Source: the human T2T-CHM13v2.0 reference genome, Homo sapiens. From it: a stretch of 64,000 bases of DNA. The translations under genes and the position numbers were made by a program. The notes under the pieces are model-generated. The model ran no database searches. It was not told the origin of the DNA and saw only the letters and a program-made list of their open reading frames with translations. How positions within the stretch are numbered: the first letter of the stretch is position 1; every line of letters starts with the position of its first letter. The stretch is from the NCBI RefSeq assembly GCF_009914755.1, contig NC_060934.1. One strand, 5' to 3'. This document shows positions 12,053-32,371 of this stretch, piece after piece.

Positions 12053-12175
12053 AATAGGGAAAAGAAGATCCACCTGCAGGAGGAATATGACAGTAGCCTC
12101 AAGGAAATGGAAATGACAGAAATGCTGAAACAGGAAGAGTATCAGATTCAACAGAACTGTGAAAAGTGTCACAAG
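12053..12175 (+). CDS. DYDC2: DYDC2 second coding exon ([41 protein letters not shown])
   Basis: ccccag| acceptor, AAG|GTAGGG donor; 123 nt, phase 0. Confidence 0.95.
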
Positions 12176-12360
12176 GTAGGGAGAAGGACTCAGCTTTGGG
12201 TTGCCACACACATCCCAGTGATGGACTCCAGGAAAGCCACAAGTCAGCCCAGTCCCAATCCAAGGCACATTAAGGGTCCCTTTAGCTTGATTTTCAATAT
12301 ATGTGCAAGTATTCACATATTTGCATATAAACCAATGTTATTGACAATCTTTGTTAATGA

Positions 12361-12749
<389 letters not shown>

Positions 12750-15021
12750 AAAAAATCTGATTTTTAAAAAATCTATTCACTTGGAACAAATATTTTTTCA
12801 TATAAGATCCTTTGAGCCCTTTTCAAGTAGTATTCAGTATTTTTCAGAAACCAAATATGATTGTTATCAGTGCATACTTCAGATATTTAACTTAGTATTT
12901 AGTATTTGGTTTATTATATTCTATTTACTTTTCTGTGAAACTTCAGATGCCTCCTCTGTGATGTTATAATATTAGATGTAAGTTATTAAGCTGGAATAGC
13001 CGAAGACAACTCTGCATTCGTCAGTCTGACAAGCCTATCTTTTACCTCCCACAGTTTTTTTCACAATCTCCTGAAAAACGCCTTATGCTATTCTATGCTT
13101 TCTACAAAGTGGTAGATACCTGGATAGAGAGTCGTCTCAATTGCAATGTTGGGTTTGATATATGACATCTTTTTAGCTATGACTATACTCTGTGCATTAA
13201 AGTCTTTAATGCAGTCCATTACAATTCACCAGCATTTGTTAGCTTCCAAGCCAATTTGAAGACATGAAAATATTAAGCTTATTTACATTTATACTAATAT
13301 ACTCAATGTCCTCATAAAGAATAGATTTGCTTTTTTAAGCCTGGATGTCTTGTAAATAAATTAAATCAAAAGATAGTTTCATTCTATTGTTTGACAATAG
13401 TCTAAAGGAACTCTCCCTCAGGAAGAATTCCTTCTTTAAGCAATTGTTTGGAGATGGGAGAGGTGAGGATCATTCAGCAAAATTTGTCATCACCTTGCTG
13501 TGCACCTCTAATCCATTTCTAACACCATGCTTTACTGTTAATAGAAATAGAAATATATAAGGCAATAAGAAATATATAAAGAAGACTCCCAAAACTTCAC
13601 CCTAGTTTTATGGTAGCTTTATTAAGGAAAATTTCTCGGTTCACATCAATATTTTGAATTGTCTTTTTGTGTTTCACTGAGGTTTTGCATCCTGCAGCAA
13701 TATTTTTTAACAAGATTTAGATAAGTAAATGGTATGTCATTCTTTTGCCAAGTGTGTGATGTAGGCAGTTGTAAGGGAAGATGGGAAATGACAACAAGCA
13801 CAATGTCTAGACTATGTGCAAGTTCTCAGTTTTAGAAAAGAGTTCATGTGTAGGTTATGATTATGGAAATTGATTCCCTATGTTAGAAGGAAATAAAGAG
13901 AACCCAAGAGTGATCTAAAATGAAGCAAATTTATAGTTTACCTGGCAAGAGAGAGCCACAACATTAAGATGTGAGTTACTCTCCAAGCAAACTTTGACAA
14001 GGCTAAATAAAGGACAAAGAGGCACAGGTGTATCAAAAAGACAAGATTCCAAGTTCTGGTTTCTGATTGATTCAAGGTGGATTACAAATTGCTCCTTGCT
14101 ATTGGTCACCTTCACCTTTTGTGTGACTAGTGCTGGGAAAACCAATTTCAAACTGGCCCAGGATGGGTTGCATGAAATTTCAGCAGGGCTGCTAGTTTAC
14201 CTGATGAACTGATATGCATATACTCAAAGCTTTGCAGTTTTTTCCTTGATCGCTTTAAAAAAAAACAAAAAAACATCATGACTTGGATACAGGTTAGCAA
14301 GTCTTTAAGTATCCCAGATTGAATAGTGCTTATCTAGTGGATGTATCAAAAGAGGAACAGAAACAGAATGCTATGTATGGTAGGGATCATACCCAATTAT
14401 CTGAACCAAAAAGTATCCATAGAGGAGGTAGAATTTAAGTCAGGCAGAGGTTATCCTTGGTATTGATGTCTCTTCATTAAGCAGATGCAGCTTTAAGTAA
14501 ACCATAATTTTGTTTCTGAGTCAGAAGAAAACTATTGTTTATAAAGATCTAAACTATACAAATGTTTTAGAAATGTATTTTTATAGAATGAATAGATATT
14601 TGCTGCATAGACTCAATAGTTTGAAGTGTAGAAGGGTCTCAGAGACCATGTGGACAAGGATGAACTCCACGGGGCTCATTGTAGAATGGACCTGTACAAC
14701 TTCCAGGCAAAGATTGAAGTGGAGGGGATCAGTAGAGCCTAAGCTCCAAGGATTCCTACCTCAGCCAGGGACATGGATGTTAGACTGCTCAATATTGTCT
14801 CATAGGTCACTGAAGCTTGTTTGTTTTTTTCCTGTGTGGTTCAGTTTGGATAATTTCTACTGATAAACCTTCATGTTTACTGACCATTTCTTCTGCAATG
14901 CCCTATATCCTATCTGGGGATTCTGTGGATTTTTTCACTTCAGATATTGTACTTTTCATTTATAGAATTTCTATTTAGTTTTTTAAATATAATTCTCATT
15001 TTCTCTGCTGATACATCTTAA

Positions 15022-15432
<411 letters not shown>

Positions 15433-15789
15433 CATTCTGGGGCCTTTTTCTGTTGAATACTTTTCCTCTAGATTATGGTTCACATTTTCCTACTTTTTTA
15501 CTTCTGGTAATTATTACTTGTGTTCTGGACATTGTAGAGGACGTTTTATAGGGAGTCTAGATTGTGTTGTTTTCCATGAAAAGATGATGGGTTTTGTTCT
15601 GGCAGGCAGTTAAATTATTGGTGAATCAACTTGATCCTATAGGTTTGGTTTTATGCTTTGTTAAAGCAGGGCTATTTCAGTTTGGTTCTTAGTCTCTGGC
15701 ATGAAAATAGCAATACTGTGTTTTTGCCATACATCTTGTGTGCTTTAGTCTCTAATAATAAGTTTTCGGCTTTTTTGTTTTCTATTTAG

Positions 15790-16053
15790 GAACTGACTTC
15801 TGAAACTGTTTCCACGAAGAAGACCATATTCATGCAGGAGGACACAAACCCCCTTGAGAAGGAGGCCTTGAAGCAGGAATTCCTGCCAGGTACTTCCAGT
15901 CTGATTCCAGGAATGCCTCAACAGGTTCCTCCTTCAGAGTCTGCTGGCCAGATTGACCAGAACTTCAAAATGCCACAAGAAATAAATTACAAGGAGGCTT
16001 TTCAGCATGAAGTTGCTCATGAAATGCCTCCTGGCTCCAAATCTCCTTTTTAG
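15790..16053 (+). CDS. DYDC2: DYDC2 last coding exon ([11 protein letters not shown]...MPPGSKSPF*); total protein 49+41+87=177 aa
   Basis: Polypyrimidine tract and atttag| acceptor; contains track ORF 15832..16053; TAG at 16051-16053. Confidence 0.96.
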
Positions 16054-16226
16054 GTTACAGAAGGTAGATGCTTCTGATTTACTTCTCTCAAAGCTAGAAG
16101 CCAAGAAAATGGCCAGCTAGAACCAAGATTTAAGGGGCTGTAAAAGGCAAGTTCAGGGACTCTCCAGCCTACTCCTTTTCTGAAAAACCCTTAATCATGT
16201 GAACATTTGAACTAGTTATAGGATAA

Positions 16227-16232
16227 AATAAA
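16227..16232 (+). terminator. DYDC2: Candidate DYDC2 proximal polyadenylation signal AATAAA
   Basis: AATAAA 174 nt after the stop, followed by a GT/T-rich tract at ~16265-16300. Confidence 0.6.
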
Positions 16233-16326
16233 CTCAGAATAAGGATTTAAAATAAGTAACCAAGTGGCTGTGACTTTTTCCTCTTGTTTTATCAACGTTT
16301 TGGAGACTACACAATGAAAACACATC

Positions 16327-16745
16327 TGTTGGGGTGATCAGACCCAACACCCGGCCATGGGGGCTACAAAGTCCAGCCGAGTCAAAGGAAAGAGAAAAGA
16401 CAAGTCAAGAGAGAAAGTGGGACCAGGGGGCCAATGCTAGTATGGAGGCTGTGAAGTCCCCAAGCTCTGGAAGCCCACACTATTTGTTGGTGATCAAACA
16501 AAGAAACAGGTGATGAGGATGTGGGAGTTGAAAGAAAGTGGTGTATCAAGCGAATGAACTACAGCTGTGAGGGTTTAGCATTTTCTTTGAAACATATGGC
16601 TACTTGAGATAATGGGAGTGCTAGAAGCAAGGAGCCAGCAAGTCTGGACACATTACAAAGGCCACAAGGGGTTTTATCCTGGACCCCGGACATGTTCCAA
16701 GCCCTGCCTCAACTTTTCTCCCAACACTAAGCTTTCCTCCCAACA
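16327..16745 (-). mobile_element. LTR14-type (HERV-K14 / ERVK) solo LTR
   Basis: TG...CA termini, exact 6-bp TSD CACATC (16321-16326, 16746-16751); ends GTGTTGGGTCTGATCACCCCAACA on minus; family from recalled consensus. Confidence 0.85.
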
Positions 16746-16879
16746 CACATCCATCTCGTGTGTTCATGTCTTAACTTTTGCTTCACTTCACAGTCAGGCC
16801 TCTCCGAGTATTTTTTACACATATCCTGGAGTCTACCTATGTCACTGATAGCAGATATTTTTCTTCAACATATATTATC

Positions 16880-17930
16880 AATGTTTTAATACTTTTCTTC
16901 AATTTTAGTAACTGGTAAAATACATGTAAGATGTACCATCTTAACCATTTTTAAGTGTACAGATCAGTTGTATTAAGTAGATTCATATTCTTGTGCAACC
17001 ATCATCACCATCCGGCTGCAAAACTCTTTCATCTTGCAAAACTGAAACTCTACACCCATTAAAAAATAACTCGCCATTTCTCTCTCTCCCCAGCCCCTGG
17101 CAACCACCATTCTTTCTGTCTCTGTGATTTAGATTACTCTGTAAGTATGTTGTATAAATAGACTCATACAATGTTTGTCTTTTTTGTGACTGGCTTATTT
17201 CATTTAGCATAATGTCCTCCAGGTTCATTCATGTTGTAGCATGTATCAGAATTTCCTTCCTTTTTAAGGTGGAATAATATTCTGTTGTATGTTTATACCA
17301 CGTTTTGCATATCCATTTATTTCATTGTCCATCAATGGGCATTCATCCATCAATGGATACGTTCACATTATAGCGACTGTGAATAATGCTGCTGTGAACA
17401 TGACTCTACAAATATCTCTTCAAGATCCTGCTTTCAGGTCTTTTGAGTATATGCCCAGAAGTAGAATTGCTGGATCATATGGTAATTCTGTTTTTAATTT
17501 TTTGGGAAGCCGCCATTCTTTTTCCAGCAGCTGTACCATTTTACATTCCCACCAACAGTGCACAGGGTTCCAATTTCTCCACATCCTCACCAACACTTGT
17601 TATTTTGTTGTCATTGTTGTTGTTGTTGTTTTGATAGTAACCATCCTAATGGATGTGAGGTGGTATCTCATTGTAGTTTTGATTTGCATTTCCCTTATAA
17701 TGAGTGATGTTAAGTCTGTACTTATTGGCCATTTGTATATCTTTTTTGGAAAAATGTCTATTCAAGTCCTTTGCCCATTTTTTAATTGCATTTTTTTTTT
17801 TTTGCTGTTGAGTTTTAGTTCTACATATATTCTAGATGTTAATCCCTTATCAAATATATGATTTGCAAATATTTTCTCCCATGCTGTGAACAAATGAAAT
17901 GTTGCCTTTTCACTGTGTTGATAATGATGA
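16880..17930 (-). mobile_element. L1MB-type 3' fragment
   Basis: Typical antisense L1 ORF2-end/3'UTR; track ORF 16983- MNLEDIMLNEISQSQK. Confidence 0.85.
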
Positions 17931-18525
17931 CAGGTATTTTGAAACAGCTTAAATGGCAGTAAACCTTAAAGGTTTGAAAAAAATGTTTTTAATTACATTC
18001 TATCTACATTCATTCAAATATCATCTATATACTAAGGACTTTAGATTTATATCTTTAATCAAAATTCCCTGAACTTGACTGCTTGACATCTCTACTTGGA
18101 TGACCAATGGACACCTCAAACTTAACTCGTCTCAGTGGACTTTCCCTGATAGTTTCTCTGAAGCAGTTTCTCTCCATAATTCCACTTGCTCAGGCCAAAA
18201 CTCTTGGAGTCACCTTTGACTGCACTTTTTTTTTGTCACCCTACATCTGGTTTGTTGGCTTTCCATCTAAATAAAGTCAGAATTCAACAACTTGAATGCC
18301 GAAACCACACTCATCTTTCTCTAGGTGATCGCAGTAGCCTGTTAACTAGACCCATCCTTGACCTGCTGTAGTCTGTCCTCAATACTAGTTACAGAACACA
18401 CATAGCAGTAGTCAATTTTCTAAAATAATAGAAATATTAATACTAAATACTATTTATAACGTATTAGTATAAGCTATGAAAAGTTCCTGGGGGAATAAAC
18501 ACCAGACTGTTAATAGTGTTGTCTC

Positions 18526-19516
18526 CAACAAAAGTAACTATCAACAGAGTAAACGGACAACCTAAAGAATGGGAGAAAATTTTTGCAAACTATGCGTCTG
18601 ACAAAGGTCTAATTTCCAGTATCTATAAGGAACTTAAACAAATTTACAAGAAAAACTCAACCCCATTAAAAAGTGGACAAAGGACGTTAACAGACACTTC
18701 TCAAAAGAAGACATACATGCAGCCAACAATCATATGAAAAAAGCTTGTCACTGACCATTAGAGAAATGCAAATATAAACCACAGTGAGATACAATCTCAC
18801 ACTAGTCAAAATGGCTATTATTAAAAAGTCAAAAAATAACAGATGCTGGTGAGGTTATGGAGAAAAAGGAACATTTATACACTGTTGACGGGAGTTTAAA
18901 TTAGTTCGACCATTGTGGAAGACAGTATGGCAATTCCTCAGAGACCTAAAGACAGAAATATTAAACTATTCGACCCAGCAATCCCATTACTGGGTATATA
19001 TCAAAAGGAATATAAATTTTTCTACCATAAAGACACATGCACGCATATGTTCAATGCTGCACTATTCACAATAGCAAGGTCATGGAATCAACCTAAATAC
19101 CCATCAATGATAGACTGGATAAAGAAAATGTGATACATATACACCATGGAATACTATGCAGCCATAAAAAAAAATGAGATCATGTCCTTTACAGGGACGT
19201 GGATGGAACTGCGGGCCATTATCCTTAGCAGACTAACGCAGGAACAGAAAACCAAATAGCACATGTTGTCACTTATAAGTGAGAGCTAAATGATGAGAAC
19301 ACATGGACACATAGTGGGGAACAACACACACGGGGGCCTTTTGGAGAGTGAAGGGTGGGAGGAGGGAGAGGATCAGGAAAAATAATTAATGGATAATAGG
19401 CTTAATACATGAGTGATGAAATAATCTATATGGTAAATCCCATGACACATGTTTACCTATGTAACAAACCTGCACATCCTGCACATGTACCCCTGAGCTT
19501 AAAAGTTAAAAAAAAA
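18526..19516 (+). mobile_element. 5'-truncated old L1PA (PA13-16-like) with TSD AATAGTG(T/A)TGTCTC
   Basis: ORF2 C-terminal peptides ([17 protein letters not shown]; FDPAIPLLGIY), 3'UTR, poly-A; TSD 18512-18525 and 19517-19530. Confidence 0.92.
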
Positions 19517-19780
19517 AATAGTGATGTCTCAGTAGCAGGAATTATGGGAGACAATGACTTTCAGTTATAAATTTTTCTGATAATTCAATCTTTCCAATGA
19601 GTATGAATTACTTCTGTAAGAAAAAAGGAAGACATACCTTCAGTAAAGACTGGATTTTAGAATGTTTCCACTTAGAGACATCAAAAGGTTGAGTCTTGTG
19701 GCTGCCTCAGTGTCTTTCAACTAAAGGCCAGAGGCCAAGTATTTATATTCCTTAGTTTCTTAGTTAGTACCTCCTTCAGT

Positions 19781-20072
19781 TCTTTTTTTTGAGATGGAGT
19801 CTCGCTCTGTCACCCAGGCTGGAGTGCTGTGGCACAATCTCGGCTCACTGCAACCTTTACCTCCTGGGTTCAAGTGATTCTCCTGTCTCGGCCTTCTGAG
19901 TAGCTGGGATTACAGGTGTACACCACCATGCCCGGCTAATTTTTGTATTTTTAGTAGAGACAGGGCTTCATCATATTGGCCAGGCTGGTCTTGAACTCCT
20001 GACCTCAGATAATCCGCCTGCCTCAGCCTCCCAAAGTGCTGAGATTACAGGCATGAGCCACTGCGCCCGGCC
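19781..20072 (-). mobile_element. AluS
   Basis: Full Alu reverse complement. Confidence 0.92.
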
Positions 20073-21093
20073 CTTCTTTTAGTTCTATTGGACATATGCT
20101 ATCATTTTTGTTAGCAACCATTTTTTAAGCATTTGTGTGTCCTGAGAAGGACAGCTGCATAATTTGTAGGGCCCAATGCAGTATGGAAATACAGAACCTA
20201 TAAAGAATTTCAAGATGGTAACAACAGAGCTCTACTGAGGGATAGTGTTCCCAGGGGACTGAAAATTGCAAAGAAAAATGGCCCAGTTCCCCTATCCCCT
20301 CAGGGAAATGCTTAGAGGTCACTGGCAATGCCTGGGTTGCCCCTTTCTGAAGGACACATTCTTTCTAAAGGGAGATGAGTGCCTTCACTCAGGGTATAGC
20401 CTTTCTCCCCTCTCTTGGTAAGATGCCATTATGAGTCTCAGCTCTGGCCAAGCTTACCCTGCTCTCCCAGGTAAACTGAAGAGACACTGTCTTATTTTCC
20501 TCACTTCCTAATTCCTGTGGTTGGCAACTCTCTTCACCAATCCTGTCTACCTTTCAGGGCAGCTGTGATGGGCAGGAGAAGTAAGACCCAATGCTGAGCA
20601 TGTGGGAGATGCTCAATGGCCACACACGAGCCCTGTGCAGGGACAGATGATGACCTAAAAGAAGGCAGGTGACACACCACAGAGAACGTCTCAGAGGGGG
20701 AGGAGGGCATGTGCAGAGGCACAGAGGCAGGAGCAAGTCCCACTGCAGGGTAAGCAGGATGTGTGTGAAGAAACTGCCCTGGAGGCGCTGCGTGCAGCAG
20801 GAGGGCTGGATCTGAGAGGTGCTAGAGACACAGAATCCACAGTGAGGGGAGGGAGAAGTCTAGAATGGCTCCCAGCTTTCACTTGTTTAGGGGCAAATTG
20901 AAGAACCAAGTAAATTTAGCCCCCAAATTACCGCTGCTTTTGAAGTGAGTTTAACATCGAGGCCATTCTCAAAGAGCTAGGGTCTTGGTTGGAATGCATC
21001 TTCCCCCAAAGGGCACATGTTCATCAGATGTTCCACACTTTTCTAAAGGGATTATGAAAATTCTCCTTCTTACCACACAAGTTGATTCCTCTA

Positions 21094-21770
<677 letters not shown>

Positions 21771-23514
21771 AGTTTATGTTAGTTTTCAATAAAGGTAACT
21801 GACATATTTGGCTGTTTAACGTGTACCAAGCACTGTGCTAAGTGCTTAATTGCATTATCTCATTTCATTCTCACAGTACCCCATGAGTTGGACACTTTCA
21901 TAATCCCCATGTTATGGATGAGAAAACACTTAAGGTTCAGAGAAATTAATGGCTGGGCCAAGGGCAGACACCAGGAGGTGGCACTGACGTCTGCCTGTTA
22001 CGGGCCCACACGCTTGGCTGCTGGGCTGTCCTAATTAATACAATCTAACAAAGAAAGTCTTTTTTCCCTGTTCAGGGACGTTTTGCTGCAAGTTGATTAC
22101 AGTCTTTTTCTTGCCTCTTAGATGATATGAAATATTCACAGAGCTTTCAAATAACCATTGTTATACAGAAGCATTTAAGCTTACTCATGCATATTTTATT
22201 TGTCTCGATTACCAGCCAGAATTAACAATTCTCTAAGCATTTACGGCCCCAAACAAGATATTTCAAAAATTCGTATTAGATACTTTAGACACACTGTTAT
22301 AACAATACAAGTGATAAAATTTATAAAGTTCTTCCCAGTGACAGAATATATCTCCCAGTAAAAACGTCCTTTTGACCAATTAGTACTGAGTGATATCATT
22401 CTTATATTTTTGTGCAGATTACAAATCTGTTTTCAAATGATGGAATAATATCCTATGGGAAAAATAAATACCCCTTTCTACCTTTAGTAAAGGAATTAAA
22501 AAGAACAACTTTAGGGGAACAAATACAAAAGCTATGATATTACAAACATATTTTCAGAATATAAGAGAGAATGAAATAGCTTAAATCAACTAAAAATGTG
22601 TCTATAAGAAGATGTTTGTCAGCAAAGAAAAACTGATGATGAATTTTCCTGGAAGGATTAAAATTTGTGATTTGTATGAAGACAGCTGTGTGCTCAGCTG
22701 ACAGTTTTTCAAGGGTGGCTTACTGCTGAGGCATACTGCATGTCACATTGGCAAAGGGAAGGCTCTTTGGGTCTTTCTGCTTTCATGTTTGAGTTCCGTT
22801 TGTCAAGAAGAAACTAACTCAATGTCTTTCAACAAAAGGCAAGTCCAAAGGTCACAGAGGGAAGAGAGTTCCAGTAAGGTTTCCAGAAAGCAGAACTTTG
22901 GGAGCCGTGGTCAGAAGTTGGGCTGGCACTGCATAGATTTCTTGGGTCTGCTGTCCTCTAGACTCATGGTAAAAAGATACTGATTCCAAAGTATCATTAG
23001 AAAGGAAAAAATTTCTCAGTTACCACTGTCAAAAAAGAATCTCCAGGAATAAAATGACAGGATGCAGAGGTAGCATTGTCTAAAAAAGGCTCACTTGTAG
23101 ATAAGTTTATCCAAAGTGAAATGAAACAATCAAAAATATCAGCAGAAATATAGTTCACAGGCAAGGGTTGTTGAGGCAAAAAAAAAAAAAAAAAAAAAAA
23201 ATTGTTCCACAAGAGGCACCAGAAAAGAAAGAGTTCACCTATAATGCCAGGAAGGGATAAATTGATGAGGAGTCATTGCCACCAGTGATGCAACCCATGG
23301 TTATTATCAGCCAGACTGCAATCAACAACAACAAGTCACCATTAGGGACATATTCCAAGGCCTCAATGGGCCAGGATGAAACACTTTCAGATCATATGTT
23401 TGAAGAAACTAACTACATGGATGCAACTAGCTGAAGAGAAACTTTGCAAAAGTTATCTCCAGGAGACATAAATTCCATGGGTGAGCCTGGCCAAGATAAA
23501 AACCTTATAATGAG

Positions 23515-23856
23515 TGCTATCTTAGTCCAATCAGAGCACTATAACAGAATACCTTAGACTGGGTAATCTTTAAACAGAAATTTATGTCTCACAGTTCTGG
23601 AGACTGAGAGGTCTAAGATCAAGGTGATAGCAGATTCAGTTTCTGATGAGGGCCTTCCTCACAGATGGTGCCTTCAGTGTGTTCTCACATGGTGAAAGGG
23701 GCAAACAGGCTCCCTCAAACCTCTTTAATAGGGGCACTAATCCCATTCATGAGGGCAGAGGCCTCCTAACCTAATCCCCTCCCAAAGGCCCCACCTCTTA
23801 ATACTATTGCGTTGGGGATTTAGTTTCAACATATGAATTTTTAGGGGACCATAGCA
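23515..23856 (-). mobile_element. MaLR LTR (MLT1A-like)
   Basis: tcttagtcc..ctataacagaataccttagactgggtaat..tctcacagttctggagactg..cactaatcccattcatgagggcag. Confidence 0.85.
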
Positions 23857-23881
23857 ATGGCCAATAGAAATTAAGTTCTTT

Positions 23882-25428
<1,547 letters not shown>

Positions 25429-26649
25429 TCAATGCATTTTCTATCAATAGGCAAATGTGACTGGGACCCAATTTCCCAAGCAGCCCTTTCAGGGGGTTAC
25501 TGTGAAGAATGGAGGGGTTGAACAAAACATGGTTCTCTACAAGGCTCTTCAGGAGCATTTGAGTCAAATTCACAGAGAAATCCAGAGAGAAAATTCGCAA
25601 AAACTCTGGTCTGGAAGAGATATGTCCAGTACCACATTTAGAACGTAATTACTGAGAAAATGGCCTTAGAAAGAGAAATTTCCACCAAATGGATTGGCCA
25701 GAGCAGATGTTTATACAGAAAAATAATACCCATAGATCAAGATGTTCAGAATGAAACCTCAAATGAAGCGAATTCTGAAGGATGTTGACTCAATGAGAAA
25801 TGATAAAACTAAGCAAATCTTGAAATCAGGAGGAATTAAACCAATGTATAAGGGCAAGCCCCAGGGCGCAGTTTCTTAGGATTACTCTTCGGGAGTAGCC
25901 AAGCCTACCAGAGTGATTCCATAGGAAAATATTCTGAAGAACATGTCTTCAGTCATGTTGTATCCATTGCCAGATCCCTTCAAAACAAAATGTCAAAAGA
26001 ATCCTCATCGCCACGAGTAAAGCTCCTAAATAAAGAACAAAATTCCCAGCATATGTCACCAAAAATAATAGTATGTATATCTAGTCAAATAATGCCATCT
26101 GGAGATTAAAAGTTTCAAGTATAAGATTCATCAGGATAAAAATCTTCCAAGCAATTATTTAGGAGAGGAATAAGTAATGAATACTTTGAGCCAGGGCAAT
26201 TTTCCCCAGCAAATGCTGTCAGAAAATCTATGGAGAGGATGCAACTCAGTGAAGTTCCCTGGCAGACGCTATCCAAAGGAAGAAAATCTTTAGAGAAAGA
26301 CAGCCAAGACAAAATGTCTTTGGAATCAGGAGCAGTTTGGAGCAAGGCTGAGTGGACACTGAGTTCATAAAGCCATATGCCTGCAGCCCATGAGGAAGAA
26401 ATGTGCTGTGTTTTCTCTCTGGCAGAAATGACCTCTCTGGAGTTGAAGCCAGTGAGTGAACAGGTACCACGGAGAAGGAATAAAATTATCTAGCCACACT
26501 TCACAAGTTTCATCACAAGAGACAAGTTCCCTAGAGGCTCTTAGTAAAAATTGAGTTGCTCTGCCTGGAATTAAACCAAATTCCTTCCTGAAAGTGGTTA
26601 TTCTATATTTAACTATAATTTTTCCACTATAGGGAAGTGATATTCTTAA

Positions 26650-27299
<650 letters not shown>

Positions 27300-27773
27300 T
27301 CGAAACTTTTATTAGACTCAGCATCTACATGACTAGAAAGCAAGCTTCTCTTTTTAAAGGTATCTTTTCCTCCTGCCTAAATAGTATCCTTTAAGTACCT
27401 AAGGGAGAAGGAAAACATTGACATACCAGGAGGTTGCTGGGACCAACCTCGACCATCCGCCCTCACCGCTAGGGAGCAGTATCAGAGAGATGAGGGACAG
27501 ATATGCAGGGGAGGAGCTCCAAGTTCGGTGAACTTTACTAAGCCCTGCCTGCTGACATTGCCTCTAAGGGTTTCCTTTTATATTACTGGCAGAATGAACT
27601 TCAGAATCTTGTGGTTTTCTACCCCAGCTTCCAATCTGCTTAGCATCTGACCTTTTCTTAAAACAAAGATCTAAACATTTCCTAAAACAACCTCCCAGAA
27701 CAAAAGCAAGAACGCACAAACATGGACTGACAATTTTGAGGGCTGATTACAAAAAGAGTGCTTTGATTTGGTA

Positions 27774-30996
<3,223 letters not shown>

Positions 30997-32371
30997 CGCT
31001 TAATTTCTTACACAAATCAGATAGGTAGGTAGATAGAACAAACGACATTACTGGGATTCATCATGGAAATGTTCCACTATGGCCATTATGTATCCATTAA
31101 AAGCAATAATGTAGAAAGATACAAATTTATAATATCAGGGTGTGTGTTTGTGTGTACTGGTGTGTCTATCCACAGAGAACTATCTGGAAAGATGGTCATT
31201 TGAGGACAGGATTACTATTGAATTTGTATTTTGTCATGCTTTTCTGTATCATAAAATTTTTTATAAAGATCATGAATCCCATATAAAATAAAAATATGTT
31301 TTTTCATTTGGGAAAAATTAATTTTTTAAGCAAAACTTATCAATATGAATCTGGACAGCTCAACTTCTTCATTTTCAAAAGTAGGAAATGTATATTTGTC
31401 ACTCTGGCTTTCATCGTGACTGTTAACATGGTGTGCTAGAGTCCCATCTAATAGTTTTTGTGTTTCAACAGGATTCTTCCTTGCCAGCCTCCAGGATGGA
31501 AGAGTAATGGAGGGAACTCTCTGGTTATTTTCTCTACCTGTCCTCACTCTAGGAGGAAAATTGACCTCTCTGGTTGTTGAGATTGTTAGGTGACTGCAAA
31601 TCTTGGGGTTGTATTCATATGCTGGGCAGAGTAAATGTATTAAAAGTAACACTTTTGTGTTTCTTTTTTTTTTTCTCTCCTTGGTCTCTTAAACCTGCTG
31701 GTATTTGTGAGGCTCACATTTGCAGCTTCTGTATCTACAATTTGATGGGAAAGTCAGTCTCCTGGAGGGAAATGAGAGACACTACCACATTCTTCGGTTT
31801 ATCTGATTATCTAACTGAATATAATTCTAAATAAACTATTACTCTACTCAAATGCAGGAAGGAGAACCTATTGAAACTGTTCTCTTGTCATAAAATTGCC
31901 CTCGGGTTCATTATTGTAATTACCATTACCATTGCTCATGGCTATATTATGATCACGAATATAACAGTCATTAGCTAAATGCTTCTGACTTTCCTTCCAG
32001 GCATAGACCTTCATCACGCATCTCAAACTCAGGAAGTCAGTCTCTGGTTCTCCCACCCATGAACATCCATCTCCAACTTCCACTACTCCCTGTGACACTT
32101 AAATGAGATAATTCACATAGAGCACATAGAATTAGCATGCCTGGACCACAGGGACTCCCGATGGCATCAGCATTGGCTGCTGCTGCTGTCATGATTGTTG
32201 TTGCTGTGCTAGACCTGTGTAATTTTAAAGTTGTAGTTGTCGCTGCTAAGGGACAATTTCCTGCCACCTCTACTGTTTTTTTCTCTGCATTAACAAAAGC
32301 CCCAGCTGGTTTTCCTCCCACAGCCATGTGGTGGCACCAGCACTTCACAAATTTTCATCTGAAATAGGTAG

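Noticed and set aside
12760-13760. AT-rich intronic stretch considered as an old hAT transposon or hidden exon
   Set aside because: Could not assign termini, family or a convincing frame by eye; needs RepeatMasker
16688-16697. p53 half-site GGACATGTTC in the LTR14-type element
   Set aside because: Only one good half-site; the adjacent decamer does not fit RRRCWWGYYY
17289-17861. 190-aa hydrophobic ORF resembling a membrane protein
   Set aside because: Antisense reading of an L1 3' fragment
26115-26470. Minus-strand ORFs of 76 and 74 aa
   Set aside because: Better explained as shadows of the + strand decayed coding region; no splice or promoter context
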